Shown here one piece after another: positions 30,510 through 41,921 of a stretch of DNA of 64,000 bases. Position 1 is the first letter of the stretch. Every line of letters begins with the position of its first letter. Below the pieces are notes generated by a model that was given only the letters and a program-made list of their open reading frames with translations, ran no database searches and was not told the origin of the DNA. The position numbers and the translations under genes are program-made. The stretch comes from Thermodesulfobacteriota bacterium (GTDB lineage Bacteria > Desulfobacterota > Desulfobulbia > Desulfobulbales > SURF-16), in NCBI GenBank assembly GCA_040755455.1, contig JBFMAY010000014.1, positions 23,428 through 87,427 on the forward strand, written 5' to 3'.

Positions 30510-31061
30510 GTGAAGATGATATCCTTGCTGAACATGAAAAAGACCAATAACTGGATTGAGAGATGTCTTCCCTTTGTCTCGAAAAGTCCGGAAATGAAGA
30601 TCAGTTGGCTGACTGCTGTCTTCAGGAAGGGAGTTTTGTCTCAGGAGGAAATTACTCCTTATATCCGCCTGTTGCTGGCTGAAAAAAGCGGGGAGGAACA
30701 GGAACAGCTCAGGAAGGCATTCGGCGAACTTGATGTGGAGATGCAGTATCGTTTTCTTGAGGCGGCGGATATTTATGATACGCCGAAATTGTTTGCCTTA
30801 TGCCAGAATCCCACCTTGCGCCACGCGGAAATTGCCCTGTTGAAGCAAGTCCCTCCTTACGAGAAAAAAACACAGCTCATTCTGGACAAGGTTTTTTATG
30901 CGGTCAGTGACCATTCCAAGGAGTTGCTTGAGCAGGCGGCTGAACTGCTGATCAAGGAAGGGAAAGCTTCGGTGAGTTTTAAGGAGAATTATGCGCGGTT
31001 TCAGGAAATTCTGGAAGATGAGGAATTTCTTCTCTCCCTTTACCCCAATGCCAGGGGTTGA
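30510..31061 (+). CDS. hypothetical protein
   Basis: 183-aa charged helical ORF following the CheY-like gene. True start could be ATG 30534. Confidence 0.65.
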   Translation: MKMISLLNMKKTNNWIERCLPFVSKSPEMKISWLTAVFRKGVLSQEEITPYIRLLLAEKSGEEQEQLRKAFGELDVEMQYRFLEAADIYDTPKLFALCQNPTLRHAEIALLKQVPPYEKKTQLILDKVFYAVSDHSKELLEQAAELLIKEGKASVSFKENYARFQEILEDEEFLLSLYPNARG

Positions 31062-31146
31062 AAGAACAGCATAATGTTGTAAGCCATGCTGCGGGCAACT
31101 GGATGCGGGCAATACCGGCATCCAGTTGCACAAGAATCACTGGTGA

Positions 31147-31404
31147 TTATTTCTTTTTCCCGCCGCCCGAGGCCCTCTTTGCTGCCTTAAGTGGGTTGAC
31201 CTTGATGGTGCTGACGACAATCTCGGGTTTTTTGTGGGTGGCAAAGTTGCATATACCCAGACGCCATTTTGCATCGGGAAAGGCGAATGTCTGACAATAT
31301 TTGTTGTTGTTTGCCTCGACGATTCTCTCGCATCCCTCGCACTTGTCGATAATGGGATTAAAAAAACCGCTGCTTTGCAGTTCACTTGCTGTCGGTGTAG
31401 CCAT
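31147..31404 (-). CDS. PxxKW family cysteine-rich small protein
   Basis: CEGC...YC...PDAKW..G.CNFATH...KVNPLKAAKR; AAGGAGG RBS. Confidence 0.8.
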   Translation of the reverse strand: MATPTASELQSSGFFNPIIDKCEGCERIVEANNNKYCQTFAFPDAKWRLGICNFATHKKPEIVVSTIKVNPLKAAKRASGGGKKK

Positions 31405-31745
31405 GACAGGTCCTCCTTGTATGAAAAAATAAGATTTTTTGTATCAAGAGAAAAATAAATTTGTGTTTACAAAACATATCTATCTAAATGAAAGAGGTGG
31501 GTCTGTCAACAGAAAAAAGAGCAATGGAACCATGCTGCCGGTTCGTGGTCAGGTTTTTGCATCTGTTCGGAGCAAATAGAGATGAAGTCCCTAAGAAATG
31601 GAAAACATTGTCAATAAAGTTGTATTTCCGGAAATCTTGATATAAAATTTATTTCTGGATGCTGGTAATCAGCCGCTTTGCGGTGGAAAAAACATTTCAC
31701 TCTCTCGAGTGTCTCATCCTGTAACGAAAATAAAAGGATCATTTC

Positions 31746-32954
31746 ATGCCTGTCTATGTCTGGAAGGGAGTTAATTCATACGGTGAGAAAAGAAAAGGAA
31801 GAATCGAGGCGCACAGTGAAGCCGCCGCGCTTTCCCAGCTAAAAAAGATCAGAATCAAGCCGACCGTTCTGAAGGTGGCGCCAAAAGATCTTTTTGGCAA
31901 TCTTGCCATGTTCCAGCCGAAGGTGACCGGCAAGGATGTGGTGATTTTCACCCGGCAGCTTTCCACCATGATTGACGCCGGTCTCCCGCTGGTGCAGAGT
32001 CTGGATATTCTCGCGGGTCAGCAGGAAAATCCTACATTCAAAAAATTGCTGACCGAGATCCGTATTGATGTTGAATCAGGCATGACCTTTGCCGATGGCA
32101 TGAAAAAACACCCCAAGGTGTTTGACAATCTTTACTGCAACATGATTGACGCCGGAGAGGTCGGCGGTATTCTCGACACCATTCTCAACCGTCTTGCCGG
32201 CTTTATGGAAAAAAGCATGGCCTTGAAGAAAAAGATCAAGGGCGCCATGACCTATCCGATCATCTGTCTCTGCATTGCTCTGGTCATCACTGCCGTTATT
32301 CTGATATTTGTCGTACCGGTTTTTGCCAAAATGTTTGCCGATTTCGGTTCGGCCCTCCCGGCTCCCACCCAGATAGTGGTCGATATCAGTAATTTCGTCA
32401 AAAGCAATTTTTTCTTCATGGCCGCCGCCCTTGCCGTTATCGTTGTTGCCATCAAGAAAATTTATAACACGGAAAAGGGGCGGAAAAAGATCGATGTGCT
32501 GCTCATTAACGCTCCTGTTTTCGGGCCGCTTATCCGCAAGGTGGCGGTGGCCAAATTCACCAGAACGCTGGGCACCATGCTGCACAGCGGTGTCCCCATT
32601 CTGGATTCGTTGACCGTGGTCGGCAAAACAGCAGGCAACAAGGTTATCGAGCAGGCCGTCTTCAGGGTGGCGGACAGCATCACGGAAGGGCGTTCCATCG
32701 CCGAACCCCTCGAAGAGACGGGGGTTTTCCCCAGCATGGTTGTGCAGATGATCAATGTCGGCGAGGCCACGGGCGCGCTTGACACCATGCTGGAAAAGAT
32801 AGCTGATTTTTACGACGAGGAGGTTGATCAGGCGGTGGAGAACATGACCGCCATGATTGAACCGTTCATGATGGTTTTCCTCGGTGGACTTATCGGCGGA
32901 CTGGTCATCGCCATGTATCTGCCGATTTTCAAGATGGCCAGCGTCATCGGTTAG
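31746..32954 (+). CDS. pilC: type IV pilus inner-membrane platform protein (GspF/PilC family)
   Basis: FTRQLSTMIDAGLP, AGEVGGILD, KGAMTYP, VGEATGALD, AMYLPIF. Confidence 0.93.
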   Translation: MPVYVWKGVNSYGEKRKGRIEAHSEAAALSQLKKIRIKPTVLKVAPKDLFGNLAMFQPKVTGKDVVIFTRQLSTMIDAGLPLVQSLDILAGQQENPTFKKLLTEIRIDVESGMTFADGMKKHPKVFDNLYCNMIDAGEVGGILDTILNRLAGFMEKSMALKKKIKGAMTYPIICLCIALVITAVILIFVVPVFAKMFADFGSALPAPTQIVVDISNFVKSNFFFMAAALAVIVVAIKKIYNTEKGRKKIDVLLINAPVFGPLIRKVAVAKFTRTLGTMLHSGVPILDSLTVVGKTAGNKVIEQAVFRVADSITEGRSIAEPLEETGVFPSMVVQMINVGEATGALDTMLEKIADFYDEEVDQAVENMTAMIEPFMMVFLGGLIGGLVIAMYLPIFKMASVIG

Positions 32955-33126
32955 GTTGTCTTGCCCGCTTTCCCGGCCGGCTGCCGTCGTTGCCAGACCA
33001 TTTGCTTGTTTTAAAAAAGAATATTCGTTAGTTATTGTTGACAAATGCAAAAGTAAAAATGATAATTGTGCAAGTGATTTCAGCTAGAAACATGATGATG
33101 CAGCGCTTGCGCGGCAATACAATTGA

Positions 33127-34431
<1,305 letters not shown>

Positions 34432-34487
34432 AAAAAGCAAGTCTGACCACAATACCATGCTTCTACCAAAGATGGAGGTTTAGCAAC

Positions 34488-34775
34488 ATGACCCTGACGA
34501 AGGCTGATTTGGTGCAGAAAATTTATCAGACCCATAATTTAACAAAGGCGCAGGCAACCTCGATTGTTGAAACATTCCTGAAGATCTGCAAGGATTGTCT
34601 GGCCAATGGTGATGATTTGCTGATAAGCGGTTTTGGCAAGTTCAACATCAAAGAAAAAAATGCCAGAAGGGGACGCAACCCCCAGACCGGCAAGGAGTTG
34701 ATCCTGTCGGCCCGTAAGGTCGTGACCTTCAAGCCGTCAGGGATCCTGCGCGACAGGGTAAACGGCATGCAATAA
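34488..34775 (+). CDS. ihfA: integration host factor subunit alpha (IHF/HU family)
   Basis: LTKADL, ISGFGKF, RRGRNPQTG, ARKVVTFKPS. Confidence 0.85.
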   Translation: MTLTKADLVQKIYQTHNLTKAQATSIVETFLKICKDCLANGDDLLISGFGKFNIKEKNARRGRNPQTGKELILSARKVVTFKPSGILRDRVNGMQ

Positions 34776-34825
34776 CCGACTGTCCGCGTAAAGATTGCAG
34801 CAGGACGTTTGCGCTTTGTCCTGTC

Positions 34826-34870
34826 AGACGGGTGCGTTTTTTCGTAATGAAAAACTGCCCGTCTTTTTTT
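34826..34870 (+). terminator. probable intrinsic terminator after ihfA
   Basis: AGACGGGTGCGTTTTT...AAAAACTGCCCGTCT imperfect stem followed by a T7 tract. Confidence 0.55.
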
Positions 34871-35000
34871 GTTGTTCGGACAGGAATATCTGATAGATTA
34901 AAGACCGTGATCGGTAAGATTGATTCCGGGATCTGATTTCCTGATGCCGGCAGAGGCATTTTGGGAACCCGGACTGGAATAATGACGCAGAGCAAAAAAA

Positions 35001-36062
35001 ATGACGCAGGAAACAAGAACGCTGGCGGAGCTTGCCGCCTTGGTGGAAGGGGAATTGCTCGGTGATCCGGGGGTGAGGATTTCAGCTTTCAATGACGTGG
35101 CCAACGCGTCTGCCGGGGATATCACTTTTATTGCCGGAGGGAAATATTCCGACCAGCTTGCGCGAACCGGAGCCTCGGCGATCATTGTGCCCCACGATAT
35201 GCAGGAAGTAGCTCTTCCGGCGATCCGGGTGAAGAACCCCTATCTGGCTGCCGCCATTATCCATAACCTGTTTTATCAAAGGCCGCGCCCTGCGCCTGGG
35301 ATCGATGGCCGTGCCGTCATCGGAGCGGATTGCCGCATCGCCCCTTCGGTGTCCGTTGCCCCGCTGGCAATGGTCGGCCGGGGGGTCACCCTTGGGGAAA
35401 GGGTGGTCATCGAGTCCGGGGCGGTTATCGGCGATGACGTGATCATCGGCGACGAGACAATTGTGGAGGCAAACGTGGTAGTGCGGGCCGGCTGCAGAAT
35501 CGGCAGCCGGGTGATTCTTTACAGCGGCGCGGTGATCGGCAGTGACGGCTTCGGCTACGCCACCAATGCCCGGGGCATCCATATCAAGCGGCCCCAAGTC
35601 GGCAATGTGGTGATTGAGGATGATGTCGAGATCGGAGCAAATACCTGCATTGACCGGGCCACCTTCGGCAGCACGCTGATCAGAAAGGGGACGAAAATCG
35701 ATAACCTGGTGCAAATCGGCCACAATGTGGAGATCGGCGAGGGATGCCTGCTGGTCTCTCAATGCGGTGTTGCCGGCAGCAGCAGGCTGGGCAATGGAGT
35801 GGTGCTGGCCGGCCAGTCAGGGGTCGGCGATCATGTGGAGGTAGGCGACGGGGTCATGGCGGCGGGCCGCAGCGGCATCAACAGCAACGTCAAGCCGGGG
35901 GCGGTGGTGGCCGGGTTCCCGGCTATCGCCTATAAGGAATGGCTGCAGGCGGCCACGGCTTTTTCGCGGATTCCCCAGTTGGTAAAAGATGTGCGCCGTC
36001 TGCGTAAACTGATGAGCGAACCGGCGGGAGATGAAAAAAACAAGGAGACAGGAGATGAGTGA
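35001..36062 (+). CDS. lpxD: UDP-3-O-acyl-glucosamine N-acyltransferase
   Basis: Hexapeptide repeats, IGSDGFGY, EIGANTCIDR, KIDNLVQIGHNV. Confidence 0.95.
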   Translation: MTQETRTLAELAALVEGELLGDPGVRISAFNDVANASAGDITFIAGGKYSDQLARTGASAIIVPHDMQEVALPAIRVKNPYLAAAIIHNLFYQRPRPAPGIDGRAVIGADCRIAPSVSVAPLAMVGRGVTLGERVVIESGAVIGDDVIIGDETIVEANVVVRAGCRIGSRVILYSGAVIGSDGFGYATNARGIHIKRPQVGNVVIEDDVEIGANTCIDRATFGSTLIRKGTKIDNLVQIGHNVEIGEGCLLVSQCGVAGSSRLGNGVVLAGQSGVGDHVEVGDGVMAAGRSGINSNVKPGAVVAGFPAIAYKEWLQAATAFSRIPQLVKDVRRLRKLMSEPAGDEKNKETGDE

Positions 36063-36501
36063 AGTTGTCACGCAATATGATATAAATGAAATCTTAAAGC
36101 TGCTTCCCCACCGCTACCCCTTTATTCTGGTGGACCGGATTCTGGCGGTGACCCCCGGTGAGGCGATCAAGGCATTGAAAAATGTCACCATTAATGAGCC
36201 CTTTTTTCAAGGCCATTTTCCCACTGAGCCGGTAATGCCTGGTGTGCTGGTGATGGAGGGGATGGCCCAGGCCGGGGCCATTCTGGCCTATCTCACTGAT
36301 AAAGATAAGATTGGTAAAAATCTGGTCTATTTTGCCGGCATGGACGGGGTGCGTTTCAGGAAAAAAATCGTGCCCGGTGATCAGATTATCTATGAGCTGA
36401 ATATCATGAAACGCAAAGCAAAACTTTTCAAGATTGCCGGCAAGGCCTTTGTCGATGGCCAGCTGGCGGCAGAGGCGGAACTGATGGCCACCTTTTCCTG
36501 A
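36055..36501 (+). CDS. fabZ: 3-hydroxyacyl-ACP dehydratase
   Basis: LPHRYPFILVD, NEPFFQGHFP, PVMPGVL. Start at ATG 36055. Confidence 0.96.
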   Translation: MSEVVTQYDINEILKLLPHRYPFILVDRILAVTPGEAIKALKNVTINEPFFQGHFPTEPVMPGVLVMEGMAQAGAILAYLTDKDKIGKNLVYFAGMDGVRFRKKIVPGDQIIYELNIMKRKAKLFKIAGKAFVDGQLAAEAELMATFS

Positions 36502-36661
36502 CGCCTTTTGCCGGCAGCGGGAAAGGCTGGTAATTACCGGCCTTCTGTGTTAAAAAGACTAGTTTTTCATTGCCTGTTTCCACCTTGGGTGACGAGACAT
36601 GGCGGCAATCGGCATGCCTGGCATACATCCTAACATGTAACACTTAACATCTTGTGCAAAT

Positions 36662-37462
36662 ATGACTATTCACTCCACAGCTATTATTGACCCGGGCGCG
36701 GAACTGGATTCATCGGTTTCCGTCGGCCCCTATGCGGTCATCGGCAAGGGGGTCAGGATCGATGCTGACTCCCAGATAGGTCCCCATGCCTTTCTTTCCG
36801 GCCCCCTTACCATCGGCAAGGCCAATAACATCGGCGCCTTTGCCTGCGTCGGCGCCCCTCCCCAGGACATCAAATACAAGGGGGAGGAAACCTTACTCAG
36901 GATCGGTGACGCCAATATCATCCGGGAATACTGTTCCATCCATCGCGGCAGCCCGAGCGGCCATGGCGTCACCACCATCGGCAGCAACTGCATGTTCATG
37001 GCCTATTCCCATGTGGCCCATGACTGCGTGATCGGCAACCATGTCATTCTGGTCAACAATGCCACCCTGGGAGGGCACGTGGAGATCGGCGAGCGGGTCA
37101 CCGTGGGCGGCATGACGGCTGTCCATCAGTTCTCCCGCATCGGTGAATATTCTTTTATCGGCGGCATGTCCGGTATCAGCATGGATGTGCCGCCCTATGT
37201 GATTGTGGCAGGTATCCGCAATGACATGCAGGTGCGCGGCATTAACAAGATCGGGCTCAAGCGCGCCGGCTTCAGCAATGAGGATATCCGTAATCTCGGC
37301 CGGGCCTTTACCCTGATATTCAAAACCAGGGACCTGCTGCTGCAGGAAGCGCTGGAAAAGGTGAAGATGGAAATTTCCGATTCCGCTCCGGTGGCGCGGA
37401 TGGTAGAATTTTTTGCTGTATCCAACCGCAATGTGGTCCGCTTAAGCAGTGATGACGAGTAG
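36662..37462 (+). CDS. lpxA: UDP-N-acetylglucosamine acyltransferase
   Basis: IHSTAII, PQDIKY, IRE, HVAHDC, HQF; position in the lpx cluster. Confidence 0.95.
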   Translation: MTIHSTAIIDPGAELDSSVSVGPYAVIGKGVRIDADSQIGPHAFLSGPLTIGKANNIGAFACVGAPPQDIKYKGEETLLRIGDANIIREYCSIHRGSPSGHGVTTIGSNCMFMAYSHVAHDCVIGNHVILVNNATLGGHVEIGERVTVGGMTAVHQFSRIGEYSFIGGMSGISMDVPPYVIVAGIRNDMQVRGINKIGLKRAGFSNEDIRNLGRAFTLIFKTRDLLLQEALEKVKMEISDSAPVARMVEFFAVSNRNVVRLSSDDE

Positions 37463-38285
37463 GATCGGGATCATAGCCGGCGGGGGGCAATTCCCCTATC
37501 TTTTTGCCGAAGCGGCGAAAAAGGCCGGCCGGGAGGTGGTCATTATCGGCCACAAGGGAGAGAGCCATCCGGATCTGGAGGCAATAGCGGATCGTTTCTG
37601 CTGGGTGAAACTCGGCCAGCTGGGCAAGATCATCAAGTTCTTTCACATCGAGCAGGTGGAGGAGACGGTCTTTCTCGGCACCATCACCAAAACCCGTATT
37701 TTCCGTGACGTGCTCCCAGACCTGAAAGGGCTCTCCTTGTGGAATAAAATCGATGTGCGCCAGGATGATTCCATCCTGCGTGCCTTTGCCGGTGAGCTGG
37801 AGAAGGAGGGGATCAAGGTGCTTGACTCCACCCTTTACCTGCAGCATCTTCTTTTCCCGGCCGGCATTCTCACCCGCAGAAAGCCGACGGCCGGCCAGCG
37901 GCGGGACATTGATTTTGGTTTTCAGATGGCCCGGGCCATCGGCAAACTTGATATCGGCCAGTGCGTGGTGGTGCGCGATATGGCGGTGGTGGCGGTGGAG
38001 GCCATTGAGGGAACGGATGCCGCCATTAAACGGGGCGGAGCCCTGGCCCGGGAAAACGCGGTGGTGGTGAAGGTGAAAAAACCTGATCAGGATTTCCGCT
38101 TTGATCTGCCGGCCATTGGCCCGACCACCATTGAATCCATGCAGGAGGCCAAGGCCGCCGTGCTGGCCGTTGAAGCAGGCCAGGCCTTGCTTTTTGATCG
38201 TGAGACCGTGATAAGCCAGGCTGAGAAGGCTGGCATCGTGGTTGTTGGCGTGGAAGAGGGAGCAGACGGCAGGCTGGAGTTCTAA
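37452..38285 (+). CDS. lpxI: UDP-2,3-diacylglucosamine diphosphatase LpxI
   Basis: IGIIAGGG, LDIGQ, AVEAIEGTD, KPDQDFRFDLPAIG. Confidence 0.92.
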   Translation: MTSRIGIIAGGGQFPYLFAEAAKKAGREVVIIGHKGESHPDLEAIADRFCWVKLGQLGKIIKFFHIEQVEETVFLGTITKTRIFRDVLPDLKGLSLWNKIDVRQDDSILRAFAGELEKEGIKVLDSTLYLQHLLFPAGILTRRKPTAGQRRDIDFGFQMARAIGKLDIGQCVVVRDMAVVAVEAIEGTDAAIKRGGALARENAVVVKVKKPDQDFRFDLPAIGPTTIESMQEAKAAVLAVEAGQALLFDRETVISQAEKAGIVVVGVEEGADGRLEF

Positions 38286-38363
38286 GGGCGGAGATCTGCC
38301 CTGGTCACCCCGGCCCGGAGCGCAACACCCCAAACGCAAAATTCTATTTTCACAGTTCCTTTC

Positions 38364-39230
38364 ATGAAAGCCATGATACTTGCAGCGGGTTTCGGCACCC
38401 GTCTGAAACCCTATTCCCTGCTCAGGCCGAAACCGCTTTTCCCGGTGCTTGACCTTCCTCTTATCCTGCGCCTTATCGCCCAACTGCGGGAGGCGGGGTT
38501 TGACGCCATTCTGGTGAACTGTCATCACTTGCGGGAACAGATCGTCGATCTGCTCGGCGGCCGTGATGGCATCTGTCTGCAGGAAGAGCTGATTGAGCTG
38601 GGAACCGGGGGCGGCATGCGCATGGCCAGGGATTTTTTCGGCGCCGAGCCGGTGCTGGTGACCAACGGCGATATCTTCCATACCATTGATTTGGCCCGGG
38701 TCTATCAGGATCACTGCAGCTCAGGGGCTGACGCCACCCTGGTTCTCCATGACTGCGCGCGCTTTAACAATGTGGCGGTGGATGATAAACTGGATATTAC
38801 CGCTTTTGGTGACAGCGGCGCCGGCCCAAAAATGGCATTTACCGGCATCCATGTCCTTGACCCCGACCTGTTGTCAATGATTGCTCCGGGTATTTTCTTT
38901 AATATCATCGACTGTTACCGCTACTGGATAGAATGGGGCAAAAGAATCCGCGGCTATGTTGTTCGTGATCACTTCTGGACGGATATGGGCACCCCGGAGG
39001 ATTATCTGAACCTGCATCGGGTGCTGTTGACCCAGAAGCCATTTAAAGGGGGGTCGCCCTTCTATTACGGCAGCGGCGTGGCAATACCATCTGACCTGCA
39101 GAGCAGGGACTGGCTGTGTGTCGGGTCCGGTGCCAGCATCGGCCGGGGATGCAGTTTGAGCCGGGTGGTGGTGTGGAACGGCGCCAGGGTGCCGGATTAC
39201 GCCATACTGGAAGATACGATTATCGTCTGA
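38364..39230 (+). CDS. sugar-phosphate nucleotidyltransferase (MurU-like)
   Basis: KAMILAAGFGTRL, PKPL, LGTGGG, NGD, WTDMGTP; overlaps the downstream kinase (TGATG). Confidence 0.8.
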   Translation: MKAMILAAGFGTRLKPYSLLRPKPLFPVLDLPLILRLIAQLREAGFDAILVNCHHLREQIVDLLGGRDGICLQEELIELGTGGGMRMARDFFGAEPVLVTNGDIFHTIDLARVYQDHCSSGADATLVLHDCARFNNVAVDDKLDITAFGDSGAGPKMAFTGIHVLDPDLLSMIAPGIFFNIIDCYRYWIEWGKRIRGYVVRDHFWTDMGTPEDYLNLHRVLLTQKPFKGGSPFYYGSGVAIPSDLQSRDWLCVGSGASIGRGCSLSRVVVWNGARVPDYAILEDTIIV

Positions 39231-40294
39231 TGACTGAAAACAACCAGGAAAAAGAGTTGATTGTTGCCCTGCTGCGGGCCCGGGGTCTCCTTGCGGGCGG
39301 TGCTTTGCCGCTACTGGAGAAGATGTCCGGCGACGGCTCGGATCGGGGCTTTTACCGCATAGAGATTGCCGGGGGCCGCTCACTTATCGGCGTTTTCCCG
39401 TCGCCGACCCTGGCCAGGGGAGCGGAGGAGCAGGCCGCGGCCTATCGCATCGGTGTCCATCTGCATGACAAGGGCGTGCCGGTGCCGGAGATTGCCGGCT
39501 ATGACCCCCAAAACGGCCTGCTTCTGTTTGCGGATCTGGGCAATATCCAGTTGCACGCCGTTGTCCGCCAGGCCAGTTCCTTTGCCGAAGTGGAACCGCT
39601 TTACCACCAGGCCATTGACGGCTTGATCCGCTTGCAGCTGGAGGGGGCGCGTGATTTTGATGTCCGCTTGTGCTGGGATACCCCTTGCTATGACCTGTCG
39701 CTTATGCTCAGCCGGGAATCCGATTATTTCAGGTTTTCCTTCTGCCGGGATTACATGGGAAAAATTGCCGATGCGCCCGGGCTGCTGCTTGAATTGCAGA
39801 ACATTGCCCGCCGGGCCGCCCGGGAACCGGCCCGCTATCTGCTGCACCGGGATTTTCAATCGCGCAATCTGCTGGTGCATGGGGGCAAGGTGCACATCAT
39901 TGATTATCAGGGCGCGCGGCTTGGCCCCCTGGGCTATGACCTGGCATCCCTGCTGCTTGATCCTTATGCCGGTTTGAGCCGGGAGTCACAGGAGGCGCTG
40001 TACGGGTATTATTACGACACCATAAGCACAGAGCTGGCCCTTGATCCGGAAAATTTCCGGGCCGGCTATTACTGTCTGGCCCTGCAGCGCAATCTGCAGA
40101 TACTTGGCGCCTTTGCCTTTTTGAGCCGGAAGAAGGGCAAGGTTTTTTTTGAACAGTTTATCCTGCCTGCCCTCGCTTCCCTCATGGCTCTTCTGCACGA
40201 TCCCCTGGGCAGGGAATACACCTCCCTGGCCGGGCTGGTCGGAGAGCTGGAAGAACAGCTTAACAAGGCACAATTTTTTAAAATGGATGATTAA
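39230..40294 (+). CDS. aminoglycoside-phosphotransferase-family sugar kinase (AmgK-like)
   Basis: GDGSDRGFYR, HRDFQSRN, IDYQGA, YDLASLL, QRNLQILG. Confidence 0.8.
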   Translation: MTENNQEKELIVALLRARGLLAGGALPLLEKMSGDGSDRGFYRIEIAGGRSLIGVFPSPTLARGAEEQAAAYRIGVHLHDKGVPVPEIAGYDPQNGLLLFADLGNIQLHAVVRQASSFAEVEPLYHQAIDGLIRLQLEGARDFDVRLCWDTPCYDLSLMLSRESDYFRFSFCRDYMGKIADAPGLLLELQNIARRAAREPARYLLHRDFQSRNLLVHGGKVHIIDYQGARLGPLGYDLASLLLDPYAGLSRESQEALYGYYYDTISTELALDPENFRAGYYCLALQRNLQILGAFAFLSRKKGKVFFEQFILPALASLMALLHDPLGREYTSLAGLVGELEEQLNKAQFFKMDD

Positions 40295-40295
40295 A

Positions 40296-41639
40296 ATGCA
40301 AAATACCCGTTGCCCGCTGGTGGCGCTTGTCGGCCGACCCAACGTGGGCAAATCCACCCTGTTTAACCGCATTACCAAGGCGAGAAAGGCGATCGTCGAT
40401 CCCACCCCGGGTGTAACCCGTGACCGCCATTATGAAAAGGTGACGGTAAACGACCGGCAGTTTATTCTCATTGATACGGGCGGTATTGAGCTTGACCGGG
40501 ATGAAACCATGAGCACTCTGATTCAGCAGCAGACCAGACAGGCCATTGACGAGGCGGATATCATCGTCCTGCTGCTCGATGCCAAAGGGGGGCTGCTGGC
40601 GGAAGATTATGAAGTGGTCAAAATGCTGCGGCGGGTTGATAAACCGTTTTTCCATGTGGTCAATAAGATTGACGGACCGGAACAGGAGCAGACCCTGCTC
40701 TCCCAGTTTTATGAGCTGGGCATTGACCGGCTCTGGGGACTTTCGGCGGAGCACGGCTACGGCGTAACCTATTTCCTCGACAGTCTGGTGGCCAGCATGG
40801 CCTCCCCCGGAGAAGGGGAGGAACTGCCGGACAACACCATCAGAATTGCCTGCATCGGCCGGCCCAATGTGGGCAAGTCATCACTGATCAACCGTCTGCT
40901 CGGCGAGGAACGCATGGTGGTTTCGGATATTCCCGGCACCACCCGGGATGCGGTGGATACCTTGCTTGCAAGAAATGACCGCAATTATCTGCTCATCGAT
41001 ACCGCCGGCATCCGGCGCAAGGGCAAGGTCACGGACAAGCTGGAAAAGTACAGTGTCATGCGGGCCCTGTCCGCCCTGGAGCAATGCGACATTGCCCTGC
41101 TGCTCATCGATGCCGGGGAAGGAATCACCGAGCAGGATACCAAGGTGATCAGCTACGCCCTGGAGCGCGGCCGGGCCTGTCTGATCCTGGTCAACAAGTG
41201 GGACCTGGTGAAAAACGAGAAAAAACAGCAGAAGAAGATTCTCGATGAGGTGGCCGTGGCCACGCGTTTCATGGAGTATGCCCCGGTGCTCAACATCTCG
41301 GCCTTGACCGGCACCGGCACCAACCGGATTTTTTCGGTGCTGGATGAAGTCTATAAGCAGTATACGACGGAATTTTCCACCAATATGTTGAACAAGATTC
41401 TCAAGAAAGCGGTTGAAACCCATAATCCGCCGCTTTACAAGGGAAAACGGCTCAAATTTTATTATACCACCCAGGCGGGCCTCAAGCCGCCCACCTTTCT
41501 CATCTTTGTCAACTACCCGAAGGGGGTGCATTTCTCCTATCATCGTTTCCTGGTCAATCAGTTCAGTTTGGGTCTCGGGCTGGATAAGATCCCGGTGAAA
41601 ATCATCCTGAAGGAGCGGCAGCGCAAGAATTACGGCTGA
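40296..41639 (+). CDS. der: ribosome biogenesis GTPase Der/EngA
   Basis: Two GRPNVGKS G-domains, GVTRD, GTTRD, DTAG and a KH-like C-terminus. Start at ATG 40296. Confidence 0.96.
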   Translation: MQNTRCPLVALVGRPNVGKSTLFNRITKARKAIVDPTPGVTRDRHYEKVTVNDRQFILIDTGGIELDRDETMSTLIQQQTRQAIDEADIIVLLLDAKGGLLAEDYEVVKMLRRVDKPFFHVVNKIDGPEQEQTLLSQFYELGIDRLWGLSAEHGYGVTYFLDSLVASMASPGEGEELPDNTIRIACIGRPNVGKSSLINRLLGEERMVVSDIPGTTRDAVDTLLARNDRNYLLIDTAGIRRKGKVTDKLEKYSVMRALSALEQCDIALLLIDAGEGITEQDTKVISYALERGRACLILVNKWDLVKNEKKQQKKILDEVAVATRFMEYAPVLNISALTGTGTNRIFSVLDEVYKQYTTEFSTNMLNKILKKAVETHNPPLYKGKRLKFYYTTQAGLKPPTFLIFVNYPKGVHFSYHRFLVNQFSLGLGLDKIPVKIILKERQRKNYG

Positions 41640-41921
41640 CAGGCCGGAGGGGAGGGGTGTTCCGGCCGGAGGAGGCCATTGGCATTATTCTCTCTGCCCC
41701 TCGTTCGTTACCCATTTTATCATCTTTTTTGCTTGCCAATTGACCCGCCGCTTTTTCTCTTTGGCGTTTGCCGCAAAGCGAGTGGTGATCTTTGGTTGTG
41801 GTGTCTCTTTTTGCCAACAATTTCCCGGCAGTTTCTCTATTTTTTTTGAGTAATTCTAATAAAATACTTTGTGAAACTCAAAAAAAGCATATAATGAGGA
41901 TAATATCTTTAGCCCAGGAAA

